From positions 1-48,241 of IMG/VR virus record IMGVR_UViG_2617270956_000008: 48,241 nucleotides of DNA, one strand, 5' to 3'. This document shows, one piece after another, positions 20,403-30,229 of this stretch; positions within the stretch are counted from its first letter, which is position 1; every line of letters begins with the position of its first letter. The notes below the pieces were generated by a model. It saw nothing but the letters and a program-made list of their open reading frames with translations. It ran no database searches and was not told the DNA's origin. The position numbers and the translations under genes were made by a program. The stretch comes from a virus. Taxonomy: Duplodnaviria; Heunggongvirae; Uroviricota; Caudoviricetes.

Positions 20403-20755
20403 TGGTAATCCCCTTCTTCACCGTGGAACTCAAGATCAACCGTGCCTTCTTCGGCATTATGGTTCGCTTCGCCGTGCAGCCAGGCAGACGACAGTACATA
20501 GACCTGACCGTTCGCCAGCTCGGCAGTGATTGTCATCTCATCAGACGAGGTGATTTTGTTCACCGGAAAATTCTTCGGCACCTTGAAGGTCCCTTTAACA
20601 TAAGGCGCACGGTGAGTTTCCTTGCGGTCCACTGAACCGTCCAGGCCGATGATGTCATCATTGACCGTCCTGTTCATGGGCACCTCAATGCCGCCGGTCA
20701 GCGATAGCTGCTGACCGTCAATTTTGAAATAACAGGTTCCCCCGATACGGGCCAT
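20399..20755 (-). CDS. tail tube protein (Mu gpM-like), 118 aa
   Basis: Size and position between sheath and chaperone. Confidence 0.75.
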   Translation of the reverse strand: MARIGGTCYFKIDGQQLSLTGGIEVPMNRTVNDDIIGLDGSVDRKETHRAPYVKGTFKVPKNFPVNKITSSDEMTITAELANGQVYVLSSAWLHGEANHNAEEGTVDLEFHGEEGDYQ

Positions 20756-22251
20756 TATGCGGACTCCTCTGAATACTGAAGACGGAACTGGTTAACCACG
20801 GCAAAGACACGCAACTGGTTAACATAGTCAGGCGGGAACAGCGTGTTCAGGCGGTTCGGATCGCTGGCATCACGCTCCACAACCAGGTACTGCTTAAAAA
20901 GTTCGTAGTTTTCCACAATCCCCGCACGCTCGAGCTGACGGTAGGTTGCCAGCAGTTCCCCTTTGATCACCGCCGGGGTGACAATCGCCTGACCGGGACC
21001 AAAGCGGGTACCGTCGCTGGCAAGCTTGTGACGCCCGTACTTACTGGTAATGACGGATTTCAGTTTGCGCAGCACATACGCGCTGGTATGCAGCGTCTCG
21101 CTGTCGAGGTAGCTGTTATCCGCAACACCGTAAGCGTTTTTCCTGTACGTGGTGACATCACGCTGAATGCGCAGCACCCCGCTTTCGACATACGCCGTTG
21201 CCACGCCATGAGACAGCAGGGTCTGTTGTTCGGTCATCGTGAACCGTTTCCCCTTCGGCGCAGGCAGCATACCCACCAGCTCACCGGTCTGCGTGGGACG
21301 TGCCGGATCGTTGCGAATAAACACCGCTGCGCGGGCGGTACGGCTTGCCGCCAGCTCGTCGGCAGGCGTCTGGGTCTCTTTTTCGTATCCCGCCAGGGTA
21401 ATGTGCTGCTGGTTAAACTGGTCACCTGCGGTCACCAGTTCTGACAGCGTGCCGATCTTTGCCGTATACACATGACCATACAGCTGACGCGCATAGCTCC
21501 AGCGACCGCTGGTATCGTTCATCTCGGTCACCAGCGTGTTAACGGAGGCTGTGTCGTTGAACGGCAGGCCGATATAATCAAACGGCTCATCCGCCATTGC
21601 AGCCACCGCGCCGGTGAGAACCGGAGCACCCGTTCCGGCGGTACCCGTCGCCACGGCAATCTGTACGCCCGCTGGCAGCACTTCGCCCCCACCAAAGCCG
21701 TAGTAATTGAGGCTGACAGGAATTTCATTCCCGCAAAGCCCCTTATGACGCGCGGTCAGCGTGACAACACCAGCCGAAGATGAAGCTGTAAACGGCAGAG
21801 TCGGAACGGCATTGATGGCATCTTTGATACTGCTGGCAATCGTCGTGACGTTATCGCCGTTGGTCACCGAAGCCTGCACGCGGGTACGTCCCACATAGAC
21901 ATTCACCGTGCCGCTTTCGGTTGCTTCCCCGGTCACCGTCAGCGTAACCGTTGCCGCCGCGCCTGTGGCTTCCGGAACGGCAATCACATACAGCTCACCA
22001 AACGGGTCGGTCTGGCGATAAGCCTCGACCATACGCGCCAGCTGACTTCCCGCACCACAAATCTGGCGTGCATAGTCTGCCGACGGCATCAGCACCAGAC
22101 TGTTGGCAACAATCTCTGCACCGTTATTGGCATGACCAATCAGCAGCGATGCCCCGCTGTCCTGTGCAGTATTCGCAGCCTGGTTATCCATTTCCGCATA
22201 AAACAGCGGAACCAGCGTATTCGACGGAATGGTGTTAAAGCTTATCGTCAT
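20755..22251 (-). CDS. contractile tail sheath protein (Mu gpL-like), 498 aa
   Basis: Size and position; followed by tube and chaperone genes. Confidence 0.85.
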   Translation of the reverse strand: MTISFNTIPSNTLVPLFYAEMDNQAANTAQDSGASLLIGHANNGAEIVANSLVLMPSADYARQICGAGSQLARMVEAYRQTDPFGELYVIAVPEATGAAATVTLTVTGEATESGTVNVYVGRTRVQASVTNGDNVTTIASSIKDAINAVPTLPFTASSSAGVVTLTARHKGLCGNEIPVSLNYYGFGGGEVLPAGVQIAVATGTAGTGAPVLTGAVAAMADEPFDYIGLPFNDTASVNTLVTEMNDTSGRWSYARQLYGHVYTAKIGTLSELVTAGDQFNQQHITLAGYEKETQTPADELAASRTARAAVFIRNDPARPTQTGELVGMLPAPKGKRFTMTEQQTLLSHGVATAYVESGVLRIQRDVTTYRKNAYGVADNSYLDSETLHTSAYVLRKLKSVITSKYGRHKLASDGTRFGPGQAIVTPAVIKGELLATYRQLERAGIVENYELFKQYLVVERDASDPNRLNTLFPPDYVNQLRVFAVVNQFRLQYSEESA

Positions 22252-22405
22252 CGGTGTTCACCTTTTTATTCACGCGCCGAATATCACCCGCTGCTTCACG
22301 GCGCAGCCAGTAGTTGTTCTCATCAACATTTCGCCCTTCGGCGGGCAAAAGGTCGCCGCGGGCAGGGTCAGGCACTGACCGCCCTTTAACAGGTTTCACA
22401 AACAT
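22235..22405 (-). CDS. small phage protein (Mu gp38/DUF2635-like), 56 aa
   Basis: Not in the ORF track (under 60 aa). ATG at 22403-22405 with GAGGA SD 6 nt upstream, overlapping the stop of the upstream gene; ends inside the sheath start. Confidence 0.4.
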   Translation of the reverse strand: MFVKPVKGRSVPDPARGDLLPAEGRNVDENNYWLRREAAGDIRRVNKKVNTDDDKL

Positions 22406-22413
22406 GATGATCC

Positions 22414-22974
22414 TCAGGAAGGAAGGGGTATTTCGGTGTGATGTTCGATATCGCCGTCAGGCCCGTTACCGGGATCGAGATAATCAACATCAATCGCCAG
22501 CGTTCGCAGTTCATCCAGACTGTTCAGGTCATCCTGCTGGCGGGTATCGTCTTCGGTCAGCTCGCTGATGACCGAAAAATCGAACTGATAAATCAGCTCA
22601 TGACGATTCAGATCCAGCAGCGTGCCGCCGTCATAGGTAATCGGGTTACCGCACGCTTCCGGGTTCCAGCCCAGCAGGGCCTTAAAGAGCATCTGCCGGA
22701 CATCGTCCACCACATCATACGAAGCAAACTGACCGCGCTCATCACGCCCGTTACTCAGTATGACAACCACGGAGAAACCCTCTTTCAGCTCCTGCCAGTA
22801 GTCGGTCTGGCTTTTGTTTTCTCCCGGAGAATCATCACCCGGTACAACATATGCCGCCGGGAGTTTCAGCTTTCCGACCTCCGGCAGATTTTTGAACTGG
22901 GCCGCGCCTGCAACCCGGTTTTCAAAATACGGACAGCGGGCACGCAGTGCAGCAATAACAGGCGTCAGTTTCAT
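22414..22974 (-). CDS. tail terminator/completion-like protein (Mu gp37-like), 186 aa
   Basis: Synteny upstream of the sheath gene; no motif-level confirmation. Confidence 0.5.
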   Translation of the reverse strand: MKLTPVIAALRARCPYFENRVAGAAQFKNLPEVGKLKLPAAYVVPGDDSPGENKSQTDYWQELKEGFSVVVILSNGRDERGQFASYDVVDDVRQMLFKALLGWNPEACGNPITYDGGTLLDLNRHELIYQFDFSVISELTEDDTRQQDDLNSLDELRTLAIDVDYLDPGNGPDGDIEHHTEIPLPS

Positions 22975-23477
22975 CTGTGTCGTCGCTCCGGCTTCAGTGA
23001 TTTACGCAATTCCCGCGCCAGAAAATAGCGTGTCCAGCTGCGGTTCTTTTCAAGAGTTTCCACCATAAAGTTATTACGTGGAGCCAGCCGCCAGCCGCTG
23101 CCACCGGATGCACCACGATGATGACTACGACGACGTTTTGCTCCTCCCCGGACACCAAAAAACAGAAACGCCGGATAGAAGTCACCAGAGATCATCCGGT
23201 TCCCCTTCCCGTTGCGCTGGTTAGGGGCAATGCGTGTCATAAAACCGGCTCGCTTTTTACTGGCTCTCGGCACCATGTAACCAATCGAACGAGCCAGGCG
23301 TCCGGTCTGATAACCGGGGTTTTCACCCGGTGCCGACCGCGCACGGCGCATCACCAGCCGACGGGCATCACGCATATGACGCTGCCCAATCGTGACAAAC
23401 GCCCGCCGGACACGTGCGCGGTTAAAGCGCATCTCCGCGGGCTGCTGAACATCAACGTGAAAAAAGGGAGTCGCCAT
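22971..23477 (-). CDS. virion morphogenesis / head-tail joining protein (HK97 gp10-like), 168 aa
   Basis: Arg-rich protein between adaptor and tail genes. Confidence 0.45.
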   Translation of the reverse strand: MATPFFHVDVQQPAEMRFNRARVRRAFVTIGQRHMRDARRLVMRRARSAPGENPGYQTGRLARSIGYMVPRASKKRAGFMTRIAPNQRNGKGNRMISGDFYPAFLFFGVRGGAKRRRSHHRGASGGSGWRLAPRNNFMVETLEKNRSWTRYFLARELRKSLKPERRHR

Positions 23478-23862
23478 TGCTGCCTCCGTGACTCTGCCTA
23501 CATTCGCCCAGCTCCGTACACTCCAGCAGCAGAAAGCGCCGCGCCCCGTTCAGATCACGCTGACGTTTCACCCGGTACACACTGTCATCACAGACCACCT
23601 CATAATCAGCAGTGATCCCCCGGCGGTAGCGAATGGTGATGTAATGGGTGATGGCGTCTCCGATCTGCGCGGTTTCCTGCCAGGTGGTGGCACTGGTCTG
23701 GATAACCTTCGCCCATGCCCGGAACGCAACCGGGTATTGAGGCTCCACGCCAAAGTTATCCGCGGGCATATCCACCCGCTGGCGGATCAGGACGCGTTTA
23801 TTCAGCTCGCCTGGGTCAGGCAGAATGTAGGTTGCGCTGGTCTGCGCCTGACGAATTTTCAT
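23452..23862 (-). CDS. head-tail adaptor (head closure) protein, 136 aa
   Basis: Synteny after the gp6-like connector. Confidence 0.5.
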   Translation of the reverse strand: MKIRQAQTSATYILPDPGELNKRVLIRQRVDMPADNFGVEPQYPVAFRAWAKVIQTSATTWQETAQIGDAITHYITIRYRRGITADYEVVCDDSVYRVKRQRDLNGARRFLLLECTELGECRQSHGGSNGDSLFSR

Positions 23863-24182
23863 AGTGGTATAAGGCGATAAGGAGCAACCAACCAGTTAAA
23901 GCTCATTGGCAACTCCATTTTCTCAACGTCTGTAACCGTTGAGCGGTTTTCGTAGAAATGGCTGACAAGTAGCAGGAGCGCCAGCTTCACATCATCAGAT
24001 ATCACAAGCCCATCAGGATCATCCGCAGGCCTGTCATCTGCGGTTGCATACAACGTACGGTTAAGGAAGTTTTCCGTCCGACTCTGAGCGGCCTTCCCAA
24101 GTAGTTCAAGCAACTCATCTTCATCAGAGAAATCATCATCCAGACGAAGCTGAAGCTTAATCTCTTCCATTTTTAACAGCAT
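23859..24182 (-). CDS. head-tail connector protein (gp6-like), 107 aa
   Basis: First gene after the capsid terminator; AGGAGG SD; acidic N-terminus typical of the family. Confidence 0.6.
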   Translation of the reverse strand: MLLKMEEIKLQLRLDDDFSDEDELLELLGKAAQSRTENFLNRTLYATADDRPADDPDGLVISDDVKLALLLLVSHFYENRSTVTDVEKMELPMSFNWLVAPYRLIPL

Positions 24183-24214
24183 AAAACCTCCTGTGCCCGC
24201 AACACTGTGCGGGC

Positions 24215-24238
24215 ATAAAAAAACCGCGTCGGCGCGGT
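24215..24238 (-). terminator. rho-independent terminator after major capsid gene
   Basis: Minus strand: ACCGCGCCGACGCGGT hairpin followed by TTTTTTT; a second GC hairpin (24195-24214) lies immediately downstream. Confidence 0.65.
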
Positions 24239-24259
24239 CTGTAACTGAACAACGAGTGG

Positions 24260-25477
24260 TTATTTTCCAGTGAGCGCCTTGATGGCTGCCACATCTTCCA
24301 GCACACAGTCAAAACGATGGAAAGCCAGAAATGCCACCTGATCAAACTCAGCATAACGCTCAACCAGACGTTTCAGTTCCATATAAGTAACGCGGCGAAT
24401 GATAAAGCGGTTGAAATCCCCCAGGAAAATGAATTTTTTTCCGGTACCAATCCCGTCAATAGCCTGATCAATAACATAAGGGATCCCCAGCACAGTAGCT
24501 GGCGTACCGCCTGCAATATCCGGCAGCCATAACGGGCGTTTCTGTCCATCCTCCATCTCTTCAATAGTTTGCAATGTGGCATCATTGAATGCCCAGCGGT
24601 ATTTCGGCCCACCACGATATGCCGGATCAATGGCATGTTTCAGAGCATTCATTTCTTTCCAGGTGAAAGCGGCAGAGGCTGCAGTCTGGATGGTTCCCGT
24701 CACCGACGCTGCCAGCCCTTTTGGCTGTAACGGTGATCCAGTTCCGGTCCCCTGAACCAGATATTTCGCCTCTCCACGACCAATACGCTGGGCAATACGG
24801 TTTGCCAGATAAGATTCAATATCCACCCCACTGTCCTGGAGCAGCTCATTGGACACACGAATTATTTTTGATGACAGCTTTTTAGCCCCCAGAATAGCGG
24901 TCCCGAACGTCACATCCTGTTCCGTTGCGGCTGTATTTTCCGCCAGCAGTTCGCCCTCTTCAGTCGTGCCATCAGACGTTGACCAGGTGATATCCTGCCC
25001 GGTTGATGTGGTCAGAAGTTGCGCCACACTGGCAATCCCGCCATAAGCCTTCATGGTGTCAATGATTTTGTTACGCATCTGCGTGGGCACCGTATATCCG
25101 CCCTGAGAATCCGTTGTTACACTCTGAGCCCTCAGTTCACGCATCAGATTACGCTCTTCAGCATTCAGTTCTGCAAATCCGGCACGCAGAAAACGGTTAA
25201 ATGCCGCAGCGCGCTTCTCTTCCACCGCCTTTTTCCCGTTCTCCGCCTCATTATTCTGGCGCTCTTCCGGCCCGGACTCATCCACATATTCCTGATCCTG
25301 ACGGCGCAACTCTTCTTCACGGGCGATTTGCTCATCCAGCGCATCCAGCTCAGCTTTCGCCCTGTTCCACTCTGCCCGCTGCTCATCAGTCCATGCGTTA
25401 TCACCAATTTTTTCATGCAGTGCACGCATATCCTTTGCAATGGTGTTTCGTTTTTGCTTCATCTCATGAAGTTTCAT
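24260..25477 (-). CDS. major capsid protein (HK97 fold, with N-terminal delta/scaffold domain), 405 aa
   Basis: Coiled-coil N-terminal about 100 aa followed by an HK97-type capsid region; sits after the protease gene. Confidence 0.9.
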   Translation of the reverse strand: MKLHEMKQKRNTIAKDMRALHEKIGDNAWTDEQRAEWNRAKAELDALDEQIAREEELRRQDQEYVDESGPEERQNNEAENGKKAVEEKRAAAFNRFLRAGFAELNAEERNLMRELRAQSVTTDSQGGYTVPTQMRNKIIDTMKAYGGIASVAQLLTTSTGQDITWSTSDGTTEEGELLAENTAATEQDVTFGTAILGAKKLSSKIIRVSNELLQDSGVDIESYLANRIAQRIGRGEAKYLVQGTGTGSPLQPKGLAASVTGTIQTAASAAFTWKEMNALKHAIDPAYRGGPKYRWAFNDATLQTIEEMEDGQKRPLWLPDIAGGTPATVLGIPYVIDQAIDGIGTGKKFIFLGDFNRFIIRRVTYMELKRLVERYAEFDQVAFLAFHRFDCVLEDVAAIKALTGK

Positions 25478-25491
25478 CGTCAGTAGTATCC

Positions 25492-26091
25492 TTATGCATT
25501 AAGAAGGGTCAAAAGGCGCTCACGCGCCATTCGTTCGTTAACAGCTTTCTTCAGCGCACCACTCGCCCGCGCTTCCTGCCAGGCTTTCATTGAGCGGACA
25601 CCAGAGTCTGCGTCCTGATAGGCCGGATATGTCACCGGGCTGACGTCATACAGACGAGAAATGCGCGTGATTTCCCGGATAACAATCCCCTCGTCGTCTT
25701 CATACCAGCTCTCTCCGTCACGGGCGACACGAAACGCGAACGAGGACTGATTAATGTCACCACGCAACATTGGAGACAGCACCAGGTCACAAATAGTCGG
25801 AGTATCCGGTGCAACAATGTCATAACGTAAACCGCGTTCATCCACCGACAATGACAACGTGCCGGCAGAACTTCGTCCGAGAATGAAATTAGGATCATGA
25901 TTAAACAAGCCACGTACATCATCATTCAGTACATCGTCAAAAGCCCCCGGCTTGATGATTTCACGAAATCCCCACAGAGGTTCTGAACGACTGTTAAATA
26001 CCGAGCCATACCCCAGAATGTGGGTCGGGGCATTATCATATTGTTCTGCCCGCACTTCCCCGCTGTAACAGCGCGTCTCACGGTCATTCAT
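25492..26091 (-). CDS. prohead protease (HK97 family, S78-type), about 199 aa
   Basis: ATG at 26089-26091 with GAGGA SD, overlapping the portal TGA (ATGAATGA). The track ORF extends to 26130 but that start lacks an SD. Confidence 0.8.
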   Translation of the reverse strand: MNDRETRCYSGEVRAEQYDNAPTHILGYGSVFNSRSEPLWGFREIIKPGAFDDVLNDDVRGLFNHDPNFILGRSSAGTLSLSVDERGLRYDIVAPDTPTICDLVLSPMLRGDINQSSFAFRVARDGESWYEDDEGIVIREITRISRLYDVSPVTYPAYQDADSGVRSMKAWQEARASGALKKAVNERMARERLLTLLNA

Positions 26092-27310
26092 CGTTCTTTT
26101 CCTCTTTGCCTTTCGTATCTTTAAAATCATTCAACGGATTTGCTGCATTTACGCTGACCAGCATTTCATCCAGACCATCAACCGGGTTCATGTCCTCAAA
26201 TGCCCTCGCTTCATTCCGGCTCATCCAGCCATCTGTAATGGCAAAGTGATAGAACTGCGCACGCTCCTGTGGGGTCCCACGGAGCAACCCTGTGAGGTTG
26301 AAACGAACGTAATACCCGGCAGCCCGTTCTGTACGGGTAAACAGGCGACGGTTAAGCTCCTGCTCCCAGTTCGCAACCCAGGGCATCATCGTGTAGCGAA
26401 CAAACTGAATCGCCTGCTGTGTAATATTCGAAAATGTGGCTTTTTCCAGGTCATTAATCATGTGCGCAGGAATATTGAAAATACCGGCAATCATTGAACG
26501 GTTCAGTTTCATCATGTCAATGATTTGAGCGTCAACTGGCGACACAGTCAGTGCCTTGTAATCCAGATCGGCTGGCAGCAGCATGGTTTTGTTTTCCTGG
26601 CTGCGTAACGCCTGCGATGCCTTCTGCCACTGATCTTTAAGCCAGCCCCAGCTGTCCTTATTGAGTCCGCTTTTAACGGATACTATCCCCGCCGGACGGG
26701 CATTACCGCTGAAGAAGCTTTCTGTGTATTTCTGACCGCTCATCCCCATGCCTATTGTTTCGGCATGTTGCATAATCGGACTAAGCCCCATCTTCTGATT
26801 ATTACCCAGCGCACGGATGTGGATCATATCGTCGGGGCTGATCGCAAACGCCCCATATTCGTTGTACAAACCGTAGGTGTATCGGCCACCAGTATTCATC
26901 AGCGTCGTTTCCCACGGCATACAGCAATCCAGGGATATGACTTCACCGCGACGATTACGTTTCACCCAGGTATACCCATTTCCCCAGCCAAGGATGTGAC
27001 GTTGCTTCAGTTCGCGCCATTTGTAACTGGTTTGCCAGGTATTGGGCTCATCATGAACCAGATAAAACGCCGGATGATCGCGTGCGGGCTCAACCTTCCC
27101 ATTGTGCCTGCGCATAACATGCAACGGCATCTGGGCAAGGCTGGAAGACAGGACATAGATACAGGAATACACCGCAGCCAGTTTCATCGCAGTTTCAGGA
27201 CTGACATAAACGTCTGCCCGGAACAGCCCATCAGTATCAACGGCATCCCCGGTTATCGGGGTGGAAGGATTCTCCAGTGATTTACTTCTGAACAGAGCAT
27301 CAAGCAGCAC
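26084..27310 (-). CDS. portal protein (HK97 family), 408 aa
   Basis: GTG start with AAGGGGG SD; size and position between the terminase and protease genes. Confidence 0.9.
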   Translation of the reverse strand: MLLDALFRSKSLENPSTPITGDAVDTDGLFRADVYVSPETAMKLAAVYSCIYVLSSSLAQMPLHVMRRHNGKVEPARDHPAFYLVHDEPNTWQTSYKWRELKQRHILGWGNGYTWVKRNRRGEVISLDCCMPWETTLMNTGGRYTYGLYNEYGAFAISPDDMIHIRALGNNQKMGLSPIMQHAETIGMGMSGQKYTESFFSGNARPAGIVSVKSGLNKDSWGWLKDQWQKASQALRSQENKTMLLPADLDYKALTVSPVDAQIIDMMKLNRSMIAGIFNIPAHMINDLEKATFSNITQQAIQFVRYTMMPWVANWEQELNRRLFTRTERAAGYYVRFNLTGLLRGTPQERAQFYHFAITDGWMSRNEARAFEDMNPVDGLDEMLVSVNAANPLNDFKDTKGKEEKNDE

Positions 27311-27461
27311 GCGCCCCCCTTCTGGCCATAGCCAGTGCGCCCACCAGCAGTAAACCGCCGGACAGCATCAGAGCCGGAGCCATACCAAACTGCAGGTAAA
27401 ACCCGCACGTAAGCAGGCCAAAACCAGCCAGCCCGATAACATCAGCAATTATTGATTTCAT
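27300..27461 (-). CDS. small hydrophobic protein (53 aa) between terminase and portal
   Basis: Not in the ORF track. ATG overlaps the TerL stop (ATGA) and its TGA overlaps the portal start; predicted two-helix membrane peptide [46 protein letters not shown]. Confidence 0.4.
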   Translation of the reverse strand: MKSIIADVIGLAGFGLLTCGFYLQFGMAPALMLSGGLLLVGALAMARRGARAA

Positions 27462-29191
27462 AGAATTAAGAGAGCATCGTCCGGATCAAGAGATGAGAGG
27501 AAATCGTCGGGTTCTTTGAACATTGCCCGACCGATCGCCATAATCAGTGCAACCGCACCATCGATTTTGTTTTCCGCCTGCTCCTTGACAGGCTTCACCA
27601 CATCATCGTTACCAGGAATGGTTTTGCCGACCACGTTGCCGATACACCAGGTCATGATGGGATTGCCGTCATGATGAAAGCGCCCCGATTCAATCGCCGC
27701 TTCCAGCTCTTTCATCGGATCGGACATGTTGGTGTAGTTCTGAATGATAGTGATGGGGTTCAGGTCTTCATCAGCAAGGTCATGTGACAACCCGGTCGCC
27801 CCGAAGGGGTCGATGGGTGACTCACTGACCGGGCTGATTTTGTTCGCCGCTTTGGCCTCCTCGAGGATGTAGCGATAATCCACCTCCGCACCATCGGTAA
27901 CGGTCAGAACGCCCATTTCCACCCATTTCTGAAAGCGTTCGGCTGTCCGTCGATCTTCATTTTTCTCGACGCTGTACACCGTGTCATACGGTACCCAGAA
28001 ACGCGGGGCCACACTGTAGTAATGCGTTTTACCGTCAATCTCGCGGGTATAAAGTCGCGCCATGCTGTTCATATCCAGCTTACGCGCCAGGTCAAAGGCC
28101 AGAATGCACGGCTGCCCCTCGAACTGCTCAAGGGTCAATGATTTATCCTCGCAGCTCTGCCAGCTCACCAGGTTGAAATACGCCGAACGCGCCGACACCC
28201 AGATATTGAGGTGTTTTGTTTTAAAGACGTTTGCCAGACGGGCGTTATTTTTCGCACGCTGCTGCTGACTTAACAAAAATTCGCGATAAACCGACACGCC
28301 AATATTTGGATTGGCTTTTTCCAGCACCTGCGGGTCGGTCCAGTCATCACCTTCATCAACGGTATAGATGATCCCGAACAGTTCATCGTTGGGTACCGAA
28401 CCGTTGAGCATCTCGATGACTTCCCGCCGTTTGTCGTAGCACGGCCCCTCAATGTTGTATCCGGCGGTGGTGATAGCCCACATCAGTGGCTGACGTCGCG
28501 CCCCCATCCCGGTAAGCATCGTGGTATAAAGCGCATCGGTGGCGTGCTCGTGATATTCATCCACCACCGCACAGTGGGGTGATGAACCATCACCGGGGTT
28601 ACCGATCAGCGGTTCAAACCGCGCGCCATCCTCCGGACGGTTCATGTTTGAGGCGTTAACCTCAATCCCGAACGCTTCCGTCAGCATGGGTGTGCGTTTA
28701 CACATCAGTCGAGCCGGGCGAAAGACTTCCCACGCCTGTTTCTCTGTCGTGGCACCGGAATACACTTCCGCGCCAAACTCGTTATCACAGGCAAAACAAT
28801 ACAGGGCAACACCGGCAGAGATTGCCGATTTGCCGTTCTTACGAGGGATTTCGGTATACACCTCCCTGAAGCGGCGCAGCCGGGAGCCTTTATTGACCCA
28901 GCCAAACGCACAGCAGATCACAAAGAGCTGCCACGGCTCCAGCGTGATGGGCATCCTCTTGAATGCCCACTCACCCTTGGTGTGCGGCAACAGCTGAATA
29001 AATTTCGCGGCCCGTTCAGCCAGGTCCTTGTCGAAGCGGTAACGAAACAACTTACTTTTTTCCTCCATCAGGTCATCAAGATGGCGCTGGCAGGCCTGAA
29101 TCACAAACTGGCAGGCCACAATCTTTCCGCGCACGACATCACGGGCATACTGATTGGCAGCATTTACGTTGGGGTAAGATTTCCGGCTCAT
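27458..29191 (-). CDS. terminase large subunit, 577 aa
   Basis: Size, position after TerS with an ATGA overlap, and a terminase-type ATPase plus nuclease layout. Confidence 0.9.
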   Translation of the reverse strand: MSRKSYPNVNAANQYARDVVRGKIVACQFVIQACQRHLDDLMEEKSKLFRYRFDKDLAERAAKFIQLLPHTKGEWAFKRMPITLEPWQLFVICCAFGWVNKGSRLRRFREVYTEIPRKNGKSAISAGVALYCFACDNEFGAEVYSGATTEKQAWEVFRPARLMCKRTPMLTEAFGIEVNASNMNRPEDGARFEPLIGNPGDGSSPHCAVVDEYHEHATDALYTTMLTGMGARRQPLMWAITTAGYNIEGPCYDKRREVIEMLNGSVPNDELFGIIYTVDEGDDWTDPQVLEKANPNIGVSVYREFLLSQQQRAKNNARLANVFKTKHLNIWVSARSAYFNLVSWQSCEDKSLTLEQFEGQPCILAFDLARKLDMNSMARLYTREIDGKTHYYSVAPRFWVPYDTVYSVEKNEDRRTAERFQKWVEMGVLTVTDGAEVDYRYILEEAKAANKISPVSESPIDPFGATGLSHDLADEDLNPITIIQNYTNMSDPMKELEAAIESGRFHHDGNPIMTWCIGNVVGKTIPGNDDVVKPVKEQAENKIDGAVALIMAIGRAMFKEPDDFLSSLDPDDALLIL

Positions 29192-29682
29192 GATTCGATG
29201 ATTTTCAGAAACGGGTTAGTGGCTTTCTTCTGCCCCGCCAGGCCAATCAGACGCTGGCGGCTGCTGGGGTCGAGTCCGAGCATTGCCCCCGTACTGTTCA
29301 TCTCGGACTCCTGTTCTTTTTTGGCGGTCAGCTCCGGATTTTTGACCCTGCCGCCCATTGCACCGATGATGGTGTTGCCCTGTCTGGCAATATTTTTCAC
29401 GGCACGTCGCCAGAACTCGTAGGCCACGCACCACCGCTCAAGCACCGCGAGGTCAGTCACGCACAGCAGGCCCTGACCACAGAGTTCTTTGGTTGTCAGT
29501 TGCCACATGATCGTGGCGAGAGGGAGATCTTCTTCAGCGAACCACTCCGGTGGCTCAACACCTTTGATGGGCGTAAAAACAGGTTCATCTTTATTCAGGG
29601 CTCGCTTGCCGGGGTTTCCGGCCAGCGCCTTGCGCGCCGTTGGCTTGGGGCGACGCCCGGAACGCCCCGCCGTTCCAGCCAT
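29188..29682 (-). CDS. terminase small subunit (P27 family), about 164 aa
   Basis: ATG at 29680-29682 with AGGAG SD 8 nt upstream (the track start is an upstream GTG); N-terminus [14 protein letters not shown] typical of P27-type TerS. Confidence 0.8.
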   Translation of the reverse strand: MAGTAGRSGRRPKPTARKALAGNPGKRALNKDEPVFTPIKGVEPPEWFAEEDLPLATIMWQLTTKELCGQGLLCVTDLAVLERWCVAYEFWRRAVKNIARQGNTIIGAMGGRVKNPELTAKKEQESEMNSTGAMLGLDPSSRQRLIGLAGQKKATNPFLKIIES

Positions 29683-29691
29683 ATGCGGCAC

Positions 29692-29807
29692 TCCTGGTTA
29701 AATTTCATTTTTCGCGGGTATAAAAAAACGATGGGGCGGGCAGTCCGGAAGACGTCAGGTCACAGGGATTTGCCCCGCCCCTCCCCTCTGGCAGTGGGAA
29801 CTGGTTC
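29692..29807. other. candidate cos/packaging-site region between HNH and TerS genes
   Basis: 116-bp intergenic region with a GC-rich imperfect inverted repeat GGGGCGGGCA ... TGCCCCGCCCC. HNH-plus-terminase phages usually place cos here. Confidence 0.3.
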
Positions 29808-30158
29808 TTACTTCAGCCGTTCACGGGCCGTCTTCGCCTTATGACACGGCCAGCACAGGCTCTGCAGATTACTGTCTGCATCGGTGCCGCCATGCGCTTT
29901 AGGGATGATGTGATCAACGGTTTTCGCCTCACGCACCACACCAGCACGCAGACATAACTGACACAGGCCTTTGTCACGCTTGAGCACACGTTCACGGATA
30001 ACATCCCATTTCGAACCATAACCGCGCTGATGACGGGATTGTCCTGGCTTGTATTGCTTCCAGCCTTCGCTTTTGTGGCTTTCGCAGTAGCCTGACGGGT
30101 CAGTCGTGGTATTGCGGCAGCCGCGAACACGGCAGGCTTTTGGGGTTCGTGGTGGCAT
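29808..30158 (-). CDS. HNH endonuclease (terminase-associated), 116 aa
   Basis: Cys pairs CxxC ... CxxC with a DHIIPKAHGG HNH core; located just upstream of TerS. Confidence 0.85.
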   Translation of the reverse strand: MPPRTPKACRVRGCRNTTTDPSGYCESHKSEGWKQYKPGQSRHQRGYGSKWDVIRERVLKRDKGLCQLCLRAGVVREAKTVDHIIPKAHGGTDADSNLQSLCWPCHKAKTARERLK

Positions 30159-30229
30159 TTAAAGTTTTCCTGCAATCATCACGATGATGTTTGTCCATGG
30201 TGATGGCAACAAAAAACGCCAGAAGGCGG

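Noticed and set aside
20755-23615. Plus-strand ORFs inside the tail and head genes (for example 21028-21444, 22438-23028, 23118-23615)
   Set aside because: They are antisense frames within GC-rich minus-strand structural genes, lack SD sequences, and have Arg/Pro-rich composition typical of spurious antisense ORFs.
26092-26130. Longer prohead protease start at 26130
   Set aside because: It has no SD and overlaps the portal C-terminus by 15 codons; the ATG at 26091 has an SD and the usual ATGA-type coupling.
25019-27280. Plus-strand ORFs opposite capsid and portal genes (25019-25486, 25201-25593, 26765-27280)
   Set aside because: Same reasoning: they are embedded antisense to well-supported structural genes.
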